From a virus: 28,646 nucleotides of DNA. The notes beneath the pieces were generated by a model. It saw nothing but the letters and a program-made list of their open reading frames with translations. It was not told the DNA's origin and ran no database searches. Positions 21,958 to 28,646 of the stretch are shown here, in pieces (within the stretch, counting starts at the first letter, position 1; each line of letters opens with the position of its first letter). Both the position numbers and the translations under genes were made by a program. The stretch lies in the IMG/VR virus record IMGVR_UViG_3300021255_000007; one strand, 5' to 3'.

Positions 21958-22173
21958 ATGTGGAAAAACGTAAAAACGGACAGGCTTCCGAGATACGGGA
22001 CTCTTCTGGTTGAGGTTGAGAGGAATGGCGAAAGTGCAATAGGACTTCTCGAAATCGTCTCATACGGTGGCGAAATGTATGCCATGGGACACACGATTAC
22101 GGGGGAGCCTATACACGAAGGCGGTTGGAAGGTCGTGAAGTGGATAGAGGTATCCGATTTATGTAACGGATAA
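21958..22173 (+). CDS. DUF551-like protein, paralogue 2 (short)
   Basis: ATG 21958 follows GGAGGG. 71 aa. 'LPRYGTLLVEVERNGESAIGLLEI...VVKWIEV' aligns with paralogue 3. Confidence 0.5.
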   Translation: MWKNVKTDRLPRYGTLLVEVERNGESAIGLLEIVSYGGEMYAMGHTITGEPIHEGGWKVVKWIEVSDLCNG

Positions 22174-22184
22174 AGGAGTGAAGA

Positions 22185-22514
22185 ATGAGAGCTGATTATA
22201 TCAAGCGCGGAGATGTGATAACCAGTCTGGAGGTTGTGCGCAGAAAGAGCGAGAGATGGGACCCAGTAAGCTGGCCGTGTCTCATGAAGGCGGTGAAAGA
22301 AGTGGAACCGGTGAGGTGGAGACATATATCCGAAGGAACTCCGCCGAATGGCACGGTGTTGGTAAAGGTTTCGATGAATGGCGAGATAGCCATGGGACTG
22401 GCCGAGTATTATATGTGGGATGGGAGCCGCCACTGCGAAGGCTTCACGGTTATGGGTGATCCTGTTGGAGATAACGGGTATGAGGTTATAGCCTGGATGG
22501 AGATACCGGAATAG
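22185..22514 (+). CDS. DUF551-like protein, paralogue 3
   Basis: 109 aa with 'RWRHISEGTPPNGTVLVKVSMNGEIAMGLAEY...VIAWMEIPE'. Confidence 0.5.
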   Translation: MRADYIKRGDVITSLEVVRRKSERWDPVSWPCLMKAVKEVEPVRWRHISEGTPPNGTVLVKVSMNGEIAMGLAEYYMWDGSRHCEGFTVMGDPVGDNGYEVIAWMEIPE

Positions 22515-22544
22515 AACAAAAAGACAAGATAAGAAAAGTCACAC

Positions 22545-22569
22545 TATTCACATTATTCACGTTTATAAT
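22545..22569 (+). promoter_or_regulatory. Candidate late promoter: consensus -10 TATAAT with two upstream TATTCAC direct repeats and no -35
   Basis: TATTCAC occurs at 22545..22551 and 22554..22560, and TATAAT at 22564..22569. The element sits in the 145-nt gap ahead of the HNH/terminase/structural operon. Confidence 0.4.
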
Positions 22570-22659
22570 GAGAGTGGGTACCGGGGCCTGAGGCCTTGGG
22601 ACAACCTACTCCCACCCAAGGACGGCCACCGACGAGGTAGCCGCCCTTTGTATTTGCTT

Positions 22660-22950
22660 ATGAAACCGTATGCAGAAAAGTTTTACAAGGGCAAGGCTTG
22701 GCAGGATTGTCGAGCTGCTTACGCCAAGAGCAAGGGCGGACTGTGTGAGCGGTGTCTTGCGAAGGGCATATATAAGGCCGGTGAGATCGTACACCATAGG
22801 GTGCACCTGAGCCCGGAGAACATAGGGGACGCAGGGGTAGCCCTGAACTGGGACAACCTTGAACTGTTATGCCGTGACTGCCATGCCGTTGAACATGGCG
22901 GGAAAAGGTATAAGGTTGACGAGTTCGGAAGAGTGACGGCGCGGGGATAA
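22660..22950 (+). CDS. HNH endonuclease (terminase-associated type)
   Basis: ATG 22660 gives 'MKPYAEKFYKGKAWQ...'. Motifs are 'CERC', 'VHHRVHL' and 'NLELLCRDCHAVEH'. The track's TTG start is at 22648. Confidence 0.85.
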   Translation: MKPYAEKFYKGKAWQDCRAAYAKSKGGLCERCLAKGIYKAGEIVHHRVHLSPENIGDAGVALNWDNLELLCRDCHAVEHGGKRYKVDEFGRVTARG

Positions 22951-22977
22951 CCCCCCTATATACCCCCTGGGGGTACC
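22951..22977. other. G/C-block palindrome between HNH and TerL (candidate cos / packaging-recognition element)
   Basis: CCCCCC-TATA-TACCCCC-T-GGGGGTA-CC. The 7+1+7 palindrome spans 22961..22975. Confidence 0.3.
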
Positions 22978-23036
22978 GAAATCACCGACCGATTGCCCCA
23001 AGGAGGAAAGAAGGTTGAGCGAGAGATGGGTGGGGA

Positions 23037-24752
23037 ATGGTGAAAAACAATTATATTTTCGACTACTACCAGAGAATTAAGACCGGGACGGTCGTAGTTG
23101 GGAAGTGGATACAACTGCTATATGGGTTTTTGATAACTGGCCTCGAAAAAGGCCGGTTTTTTTTCGACCAAAAAAAGGCGAACCACGCAATAGACTGGAT
23201 CGAAGCCCATTGCTTCCACACGGAAGGGCCGCTTGCTCCTGGGCCGCTCCTTTTGGAGCTCTGGCAAAAGTCTCTCGTCTCCATCATCTTCGGGATCGTG
23301 GACAAGGACGGCAAGAGGGTCTTCCGGGAGGTGCTTTTTGTGGTAGCCAGGAAGAACGGCAAGAGTCTCTTGTGTGCTGCCATAGCGAAATATATCTGGA
23401 TGGTTGAAGGCGGATATGGCGCAAAGGTCTTCTGCCTCGCTCCGAAGCTGGAACAGGCTGACATCATCTACATGAATACGTGGCTCATGACTACGCTGGA
23501 TCCGGAATATATAGCGCTGAAAGAGCTGTGCTCCAAGAAAGACGCGCATAACAAGAAAGTAAACGACGACTCGGAACTCCCAAAGAAAAGACAGAGCGAT
23601 CTGTATATCGCGGCGACAAACTGCGCCGTGAAGAAGATCACCTTTTCCTCGAAGAGATCCGACGGTTTTAATCCGTCTCTCTGTATCTGCGACGAAATAG
23701 CCGCGTGGGAAGGTGATCGGGGCCTGAAACAGTATGAAGTCATGAAGTCAGGTATGGGAGGCAGGCCGGAGCCGCTTCTGATTTCCTGCACTACTTCCGG
23801 GTATGTGAATGACAGCATTTTCGACGAGCTCATAAAGAGAGGGACGCGGTTCTTACTTGGCGACTCCAAGGAGAGCCGGCTGCTGCCGGTGCTCTACATG
23901 ATAGACGACGTAGATAAGTGGGACGACATCAACGAGCTTCGAAAGAGCAACCCGAACCTTGGCGTTTCCGTCACGGTGGACTATCTGGTAGAGGAGGCGG
24001 CGGTTGCCTCTGGCAGCCTGTCGAAAAAAGCGGAATTCATTACAAAATACTGCAATCTGAAACAGAACTCTTCCCTTGCCTGGCTGCCGGCGAAGGTCGT
24101 GGAGGGCGCCGTGTGCGACCACTTGAATCTGGAAGACTTCCGTGGCTGTTACTGCGTGGGCGGCATCGACCTGTCGCAAACCCGCGACCTTACGTCTGCC
24201 TGCATCGTGATACAGAAGGAGGAAAAGCTGTATGTTATCTCTCACTTCTGGCTGCCGGCGGAAAAGATTGACGAGGCGACGGAGCGGGACGGACTGCCTT
24301 ATAACGCCTATATAGCCAGGGGGTTGTTGACGCCCTGCGGGGAGAATTTCGTGGATTACGAGGCGGTCTATGAATGGTTCCGGATCATCGTGGAGAAGTA
24401 TGAGATATTGCCGCTGAAGGTAGGCTATGACCGCTACTCCAGCCAGTACCTTGTACAGAAAATGCAGGGGTACGGCTTCCACATGGATGACGTTTTCCAG
24501 GGTGAAAACCTGTGGGGCGTTCTCCAGGAGGTGCAGGGCTACCTCGAAGATGGCCGGATCTGCATCGGGGACAACGACCTCCTTAAGGTGCACCTGTTGG
24601 ACAGCGCCATAAAAATGAGCACGGAGAGAGGCAGGGGGAAACTGGTAAAACTAAGACCCTCTTCACACATAGACGGCACCGCCGCCCTTGCGGATGCCTT
24701 TACAGTCAGACAGAAATATTGGGCAGAAATCGGAGAACAACTAGCGAGGTAA
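23037..24752 (+). CDS. terL: Terminase large subunit (Terminase_1 / HK97-phi105 type)
   Basis: 571 aa. It has a Walker A-like 'VVARKNGKS', 'LCICDEIAAW' (Walker B/coupling), and a C-terminal nuclease region 'GGIDLSQTRDLTS'. Confidence 0.9.
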   Translation: MVKNNYIFDYYQRIKTGTVVVGKWIQLLYGFLITGLEKGRFFFDQKKANHAIDWIEAHCFHTEGPLAPGPLLLELWQKSLVSIIFGIVDKDGKRVFREVLFVVARKNGKSLLCAAIAKYIWMVEGGYGAKVFCLAPKLEQADIIYMNTWLMTTLDPEYIALKELCSKKDAHNKKVNDDSELPKKRQSDLYIAATNCAVKKITFSSKRSDGFNPSLCICDEIAAWEGDRGLKQYEVMKSGMGGRPEPLLISCTTSGYVNDSIFDELIKRGTRFLLGDSKESRLLPVLYMIDDVDKWDDINELRKSNPNLGVSVTVDYLVEEAAVASGSLSKKAEFITKYCNLKQNSSLAWLPAKVVEGAVCDHLNLEDFRGCYCVGGIDLSQTRDLTSACIVIQKEEKLYVISHFWLPAEKIDEATERDGLPYNAYIARGLLTPCGENFVDYEAVYEWFRIIVEKYEILPLKVGYDRYSSQYLVQKMQGYGFHMDDVFQGENLWGVLQEVQGYLEDGRICIGDNDLLKVHLLDSAIKMSTERGRGKLVKLRPSSHIDGTAALADAFTVRQKYWAEIGEQLAR

Positions 24753-24757
24753 CGAAG

Positions 24758-25915
24758 ATGGGCCTTTTTGATTTGATTTTTGGGAATCGGCCAAAGCCGG
24801 CGGGACGGTATGCCGGTACCTTCAAAATGTTGAACGGGTACGTGCCGAGGTTCACGAGTTGGCAGGGCTCCATCTATGAGGCGGAGCTGATACGGGCATC
24901 TATCAACGCGGTGGCTACGCACTGCTCTAAGCTGAGCGTAGTCACCAGAGGATCCGCAAAGAGAAAACTGCAGAACCGGCTGGCCAAAGGGCCCAACACG
25001 TTCGACACGTGGAGCCAGTTCATGTATAGACTGGCGACAATCCTCTACGTGAAAAACACTGCCTTTATAGTGCCGGTCTTTGACGACTACGGTGAGGTTT
25101 CCGGCATCTATCCGGTTCTCCCGGACTACTGTGATGTAGTGCAATATGGCGATGTGCCATATCTGCGCTATAAATTCTCCTGGGGTGACTGGGCTGCCGT
25201 TGAGTTGTCGTTGTGCGGGATCATGACGCGCTTCCGGTACCGCTCCGACTTCTTTGGCGAGAACAACGGGGCACTCCTTAACACGCTGGATCTGATTACA
25301 ATCCAAAGCCAGGGCATCCAGGAGAGCATAAAGAACGGCGCGTCCTATAAGTTCTCCGCCCGGCTGACGAACTTCTCCAGTCTGGAAGACCTGAAGAAGG
25401 AACGGCACAAGTTCACAGAGTCCAACCTGAAGGCTGACGCCAAGAACAACGGCCTCCTCCTTTTTCCGAACACCTACAGCGAAATACGGCAACTGGAGCC
25501 TAAGAACTATGTCGTGGATGCTGAACAGGTGAAGGTGATAAACGAGGGCGTCTATCAGTATTTTGGCGTCAACGAGGACGTGCTGAAGAACCGGGCCTAT
25601 GGCGATATGTGGAGCGCCTTCTATGAGGGCGCGGTGGAGCCTTTTGCGCTCCAGTTTTCGGAAGTCGTTACCAAGATGCTTTTCACCTTCCGCGAACGGT
25701 CGGAGGGATCCGAAATCATGGCTACAGCCAACCGAATCCAGTACATGAGCAACGGCGACAAAATGAAGGTCACGGAGACATTTGCGGATCGTGGCCTTGC
25801 CACCGTGAACGAGATCCGGGAGATATGGAATCTGCCGCCTCTGCCGCCTGAGATCGGGGACAAGATCCCGGCGCGTGGGGAGTATTACGACATCCGGGAG
25901 GGAAAAGATGAATAA
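24758..25915 (+). CDS. Portal protein (HK97 family)
   Basis: ATG 24758 lies 6 nt after the TerL stop. 385 aa with N-terminus 'MGLFDLIFG'. The track ORF from 24719 overlaps TerL. Confidence 0.85.
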   Translation: MGLFDLIFGNRPKPAGRYAGTFKMLNGYVPRFTSWQGSIYEAELIRASINAVATHCSKLSVVTRGSAKRKLQNRLAKGPNTFDTWSQFMYRLATILYVKNTAFIVPVFDDYGEVSGIYPVLPDYCDVVQYGDVPYLRYKFSWGDWAAVELSLCGIMTRFRYRSDFFGENNGALLNTLDLITIQSQGIQESIKNGASYKFSARLTNFSSLEDLKKERHKFTESNLKADAKNNGLLLFPNTYSEIRQLEPKNYVVDAEQVKVINEGVYQYFGVNEDVLKNRAYGDMWSAFYEGAVEPFALQFSEVVTKMLFTFRERSEGSEIMATANRIQYMSNGDKMKVTETFADRGLATVNEIREIWNLPPLPPEIGDKIPARGEYYDIREGKDE

Positions 25916-26543
25916 AACGATAGAGGAAAAACTGAACCAGGGGAGGCAGTACAGATCTGTAGTTGAAATCCGAGCCCTGGAAAACGAAGAGGAGTATACG
26001 GTTGAGGGCTATGCCACTACCTTCAACTCGCCATATACGCTTTGGTCTTGGGACGGCTATACCGTCCGGGAACAGATCGCGCCTACCGCCTTTTCTGAGT
26101 GCGACATGAGCGACGTTATCATGCAGTACGACCATGTAGGCCGTGTCTTTGCAAGAACGTCTAACACCACTTTGGAGCTTGCCGTGGACTCGCACGGCCT
26201 TAAGATCCGGGCGTACCTGGGCGGCACCGAGCTGGGCCGTCAGCTCTACAGTGAGATAAAGGGCGGCTATACCAACAAAATGAGCTTCGGCTTCCACGTG
26301 AAGGAGGATTCACGTGTAGAAACTGTGAATCATGAGAGTGGTGCTGTGGAAATCCTCCGCACCATCACCGAGATAGATAAGCTCTATGATGTGAGCGCCG
26401 TGAGCCTGCCGGCAAACGACGCCACCGAAATTTCTGCCAGAGCCACGGGCGAGGGAGTCATTGCCGAGGTCAAGGAGGAGATCCGGAAGCGTGAGGAGCG
26501 CGAGCGGCAGAGGAAAAGACTGAAATTACTTTTGGAGGTTTGA
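25908..26543 (+). CDS. Prohead protease (HK97 family, S78)
   Basis: ATG 25908 follows GGGAGGGAAAAG. The pattern is 'VEGYATTFNSPY...MQYDHVGRVFART...DSHGLKIRAYL...KMSFGFHV'. Confidence 0.85.
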   Translation: MNKTIEEKLNQGRQYRSVVEIRALENEEEYTVEGYATTFNSPYTLWSWDGYTVREQIAPTAFSECDMSDVIMQYDHVGRVFARTSNTTLELAVDSHGLKIRAYLGGTELGRQLYSEIKGGYTNKMSFGFHVKEDSRVETVNHESGAVEILRTITEIDKLYDVSAVSLPANDATEISARATGEGVIAEVKEEIRKREERERQRKRLKLLLEV

Positions 26544-26544
26544 A

Positions 26545-27684
26545 ATGGAATTAGAAAAAATGACCATTGAACAGCTTGAAGAGAAGAGAAGCGAGCTGAA
26601 GGCCAAGATTGAGGAGCCTGAGGCAGATCTTGACGCGCTCACCGAAGAGGTTCGGGCCGTGGTCGCTGAGATCGAGAAGAGAAAGGCGGAGGAAGCCAAG
26701 CGCGTAGAGCTGCGGAAGAACGTGGCCGCCGGCGCTGGCTCCGTCGTGGAGAAGATGAAAGAGGAGAACAGAAACATGCCTACCTTAGAAGAGATCCGGA
26801 AGAGTCCGGGGTATGTGAACGCTTACGCTAACTACATCAAGACCGGCGACGACAAAGAGTGCCGTGCGCTGCTTTCCACCAATGTCACCGGCGGACAGGT
26901 GCCGGTGCCTACCATGATCGAGGGCCGGGTAAAAACCGCCTGGGAGAGATCTGACCTCATGACCAGGGTGAGAAAGACCTATATCCGGGGCAACCTTCAG
27001 GTTGGCTTCGAGCTCTCCGCTGAGGGCGCTCTTATCCACACCGAGGGCGCTGCCGCCGGCAAGGAGGAGGCGCTGACCTTCGGCATCGTCTCCCTCACCC
27101 CGCAGAGCATCAAGAAATGGATCACCATTTCCGACGAGGCTATGGACATGGGCGGCGAGGAGTTCCTGAACTACATCTATGACGAGGTTACTTACCAGAT
27201 CGCCAAGAAGGCCGAGGCCGTGGTGCTTGACAAGATCAAGGCACTGACCGCCAGCGCAACCAGCACCGCCGTAAGCGTTGGCGTGGTTGCCGGTACCCCT
27301 ACCGTCGGAATTGTCGCCACTGCGCTGTCTATGCTCTCTGACGAGGCTGCCGACCCTGTTGTAGTCATCAACAAGCAGACCTACGCCGATTTCAAGGCCG
27401 CGCAGTATGCCAACAAGTTCAACGTGGATCCCTTCGAGGGGCTGCCTGTGCTCTTCAATAACAGCCTTCCAGTCTACTCCACTTCCGGAACCGCCGGCGA
27501 CACCTGGATGATCGTCGGAGACTTCGGCCAGGGTGCACAGGCCAACTTCCCGAACGGTGACGAGATCACCCTGAAGTATGACGAGCTGAGCCTTGCGGAG
27601 AAGGATCTTGTTAAGATCGTGGGCCGTGAGTATGTGGGCATCGGCATCGTTGCCGACCGTGCCTTTACCAAGGTCACTTTCTAG
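26545..27684 (+). CDS. Major capsid protein (HK97 family) with an N-terminal coiled-coil delta domain
   Basis: 379 aa. It has a Glu/Lys-rich N-terminal ~75 aa scaffold-like region followed by an HK97-like core. It sits directly after the protease. Confidence 0.85.
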   Translation: MELEKMTIEQLEEKRSELKAKIEEPEADLDALTEEVRAVVAEIEKRKAEEAKRVELRKNVAAGAGSVVEKMKEENRNMPTLEEIRKSPGYVNAYANYIKTGDDKECRALLSTNVTGGQVPVPTMIEGRVKTAWERSDLMTRVRKTYIRGNLQVGFELSAEGALIHTEGAAAGKEEALTFGIVSLTPQSIKKWITISDEAMDMGGEEFLNYIYDEVTYQIAKKAEAVVLDKIKALTASATSTAVSVGVVAGTPTVGIVATALSMLSDEAADPVVVINKQTYADFKAAQYANKFNVDPFEGLPVLFNNSLPVYSTSGTAGDTWMIVGDFGQGAQANFPNGDEITLKYDELSLAEKDLVKIVGREYVGIGIVADRAFTKVTF

Positions 27685-27704
27685 GTGATAGGTGGGAGTA
27701 GGAC

Positions 27705-28355
27705 ATGAAGATAATGGTTGCAATCCCGTGCATGGACATGATGCACACACTCTTTGTAAAGTCGCTCCTTGGGCTTAAGAGGGTCGGAGAAATGCAATTT
27801 GCATTCTCCGCCTCTTCCCTGGTGTACGACTCGCGCAACGGCTTGGCCAAGAAGGCCATAACGGAGGGCTTCGACTATATTCTCTGGCTGGACAGTGACA
27901 TGGAGTTCCCTGCCGATCTACTGGAGCGGCTTATGGAGTCCGGGAAGGACTACGTGAGTGCCCTGTACTTCAAGAGACGGCTTCCGGTGTCGCCGGTCAT
28001 CTATGAGAAGGTCGGGTATTACCACGGGGATGATGAAGTCACGCCGATAGCTGTGCCTTTTGCCTCTTATCCTGATTCACTCTTTGAGGTGGAAGGCACT
28101 GGCTTCGGGGCGGTTCTCCTCTCTGTGGAAGCCCTTAAGAAAGTGGTGGACAGGTACGGCGCTCCATTCTCCCCGATTCTGGGGTTCGGGGAAGACCTGT
28201 CTTTCTGTTTGCGCTGCAAAGAGGTGGGCGTAAAAATGTACTGCGATCCGACCATAAAGGCCGGACACGTAGGTTACAAGACATACACGGAAGAAGATTA
28301 CGAGGAGAAGCGAAATGCTGGAGAAGGTAAAGAATGCCCTGCGCATTACTACTAA
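27705..28355 (+). CDS. GT-A fold (family-2-like) glycosyltransferase embedded in the head gene module
   Basis: 216 aa. Motifs are N-terminal 'KIMVAIPCMD', DxD 'LDSDMEF' (gac agt gac at 27891..27899), 'EGTGFGAVLL' and 'GEDLSFC'. There are no TM segments. RBS is GGTGGGAG. Confidence 0.7.
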   Translation: MKIMVAIPCMDMMHTLFVKSLLGLKRVGEMQFAFSASSLVYDSRNGLAKKAITEGFDYILWLDSDMEFPADLLERLMESGKDYVSALYFKRRLPVSPVIYEKVGYYHGDDEVTPIAVPFASYPDSLFEVEGTGFGAVLLSVEALKKVVDRYGAPFSPILGFGEDLSFCLRCKEVGVKMYCDPTIKAGHVGYKTYTEEDYEEKRNAGEGKECPAHYY

Positions 28356-28646
28356 TGTGTTTGATGACGAGCTTAAGGGGCTGATTTATGCAGCCGCGTC
28401 GGATCTCAGAATCGCCGGCATTTCCGGGGCGGATCCCACAACAGAGGATCCGCTGATTATCCGGGCAATAATCACCTACTGCAAGGCCCACTTCGGGCAG
28501 GCGGAGGAAGGAGAGTATGACCGGCTTAAGGCCTCGTATGACGAACAGAAGGCCCAGATGCAAACGGCCACGGGGTACGGACTCGATGAAGAGGAACGAT
28601 ATAGCGGTGCTGGTATCTCAGACGATGGTACTGGATCGGTTTGGGG
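28315..28646 (+). CDS. Head-tail connector (gp6-like 'DNA packaging' family), N-terminal part; continues at 1..129
   Basis: ATG 28315 follows GAGGAG. 'MLEKVKNALRITTNVFDDELKGLIYAAASDLRIAGI...IIRAIITYCKAHFG' is the typical pattern of this family. The frame is open to the window end. Confidence 0.7.
   Translation, partial: MLEKVKNALRITTNVFDDELKGLIYAAASDLRIAGISGADPTTEDPLIIRAIITYCKAHFGQAEEGEYDRLKASYDEQKAQMQTATGYGLDEEERYSGAGISDDGTGSVW
28540..28646. repeat. Right copy of the 107-bp terminal direct repeat
   Basis: Identical to 1..107. Confidence 0.9.

Noticed and set aside
23015-23083. Short ORFs in and after the HNH-TerL gap (TTG 23015, 21 codons; ATG 23026, 5 codons) as a tiny TerS
   Set aside because: They are far too short and out of frame with TerL, and the AAGGAGG nearby is not followed by a meaningful ORF.
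23156-23177. T8 and A7 homopolymers inside TerL as a phase-variation or frameshift site
   Set aside because: The TerL frame is intact across them (encoding 'GRFFFDQKKA') and no alternative frame opens downstream. They are noted only as potential sequencing-error hotspots.
24539-27750. Minus-strand ORFs 24539..25492 (317 aa), 25770..26297 (175 aa) and 26785..27750 (321 aa)
   Set aside because: They are antisense to the portal, protease and capsid genes, which carry family motifs. They are shadow ORFs.

Overview
This window is a complete, circularly closed genome of a small temperate siphovirus-type phage or prophage. Bases 1..107 are identical to 28540..28646, so the unique length is 28,539 bp. 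The GGAGG-type RBSs, frequent TTG/GTG starts, ATGA-type gene coupling and high GC suggest a high-GC Gram-positive host, probably Clostridia-like; this host call is inference only.

Gene order on the + strand:
- Neck genes (47..1090).
- Major tail protein, then a G/GT tail chaperone pair with an A9 -1 frameshift site.
- Tape measure, Dit, and Tal carrying a C-terminal S74 chaperone domain.
- Two fibre genes. The second switches abruptly to AT-rich DNA and encodes a tandem duplicated domain plus a beta-helix depolymerase-like domain.
- Holin and M15 endolysin.

A minus-strand lysogeny cassette follows: CI-like repressor, translationally coupled large serine integrase, a candidate attP, and an orphan gene.

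The + strand then resumes with:
- A Cro-like gene and small ORFs.
- A tRNA with a UAU anticodon.
- A recombination/replication module: Rad52/Sak, NinB-like, SSB, PD-(D/E)XK resolvase, a replisome organiser with internal iterons, and a G39P-like loader.
- A MazG-like gene and a sigma-region-4-like late activator.
- Three tandem DUF551-like paralogues.
- HNH endonuclease, TerL (no recognisable TerS), HK97-type portal, protease and capsid.
- A GT-A glycosyltransferase wedged inside the head operon.
- A head-tail connector gene that runs across the circular junction.

The observations most worth follow-up are:
- the head-module glycosyltransferase (possible virion glycosylation);
- the candidate serine-integrase attP, which splits an int-geneX transcription unit;
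- the UAU-anticodon tRNA;
- the low-GC mosaic receptor-binding module;
- the repeat-laden non-coding region in front of the holin;
- the iteron block inside the replication gene;
- the G/C-block palindrome between HNH and TerL in a genome lacking TerS.

All functional calls come from motif recognition by eye. No searches were run.
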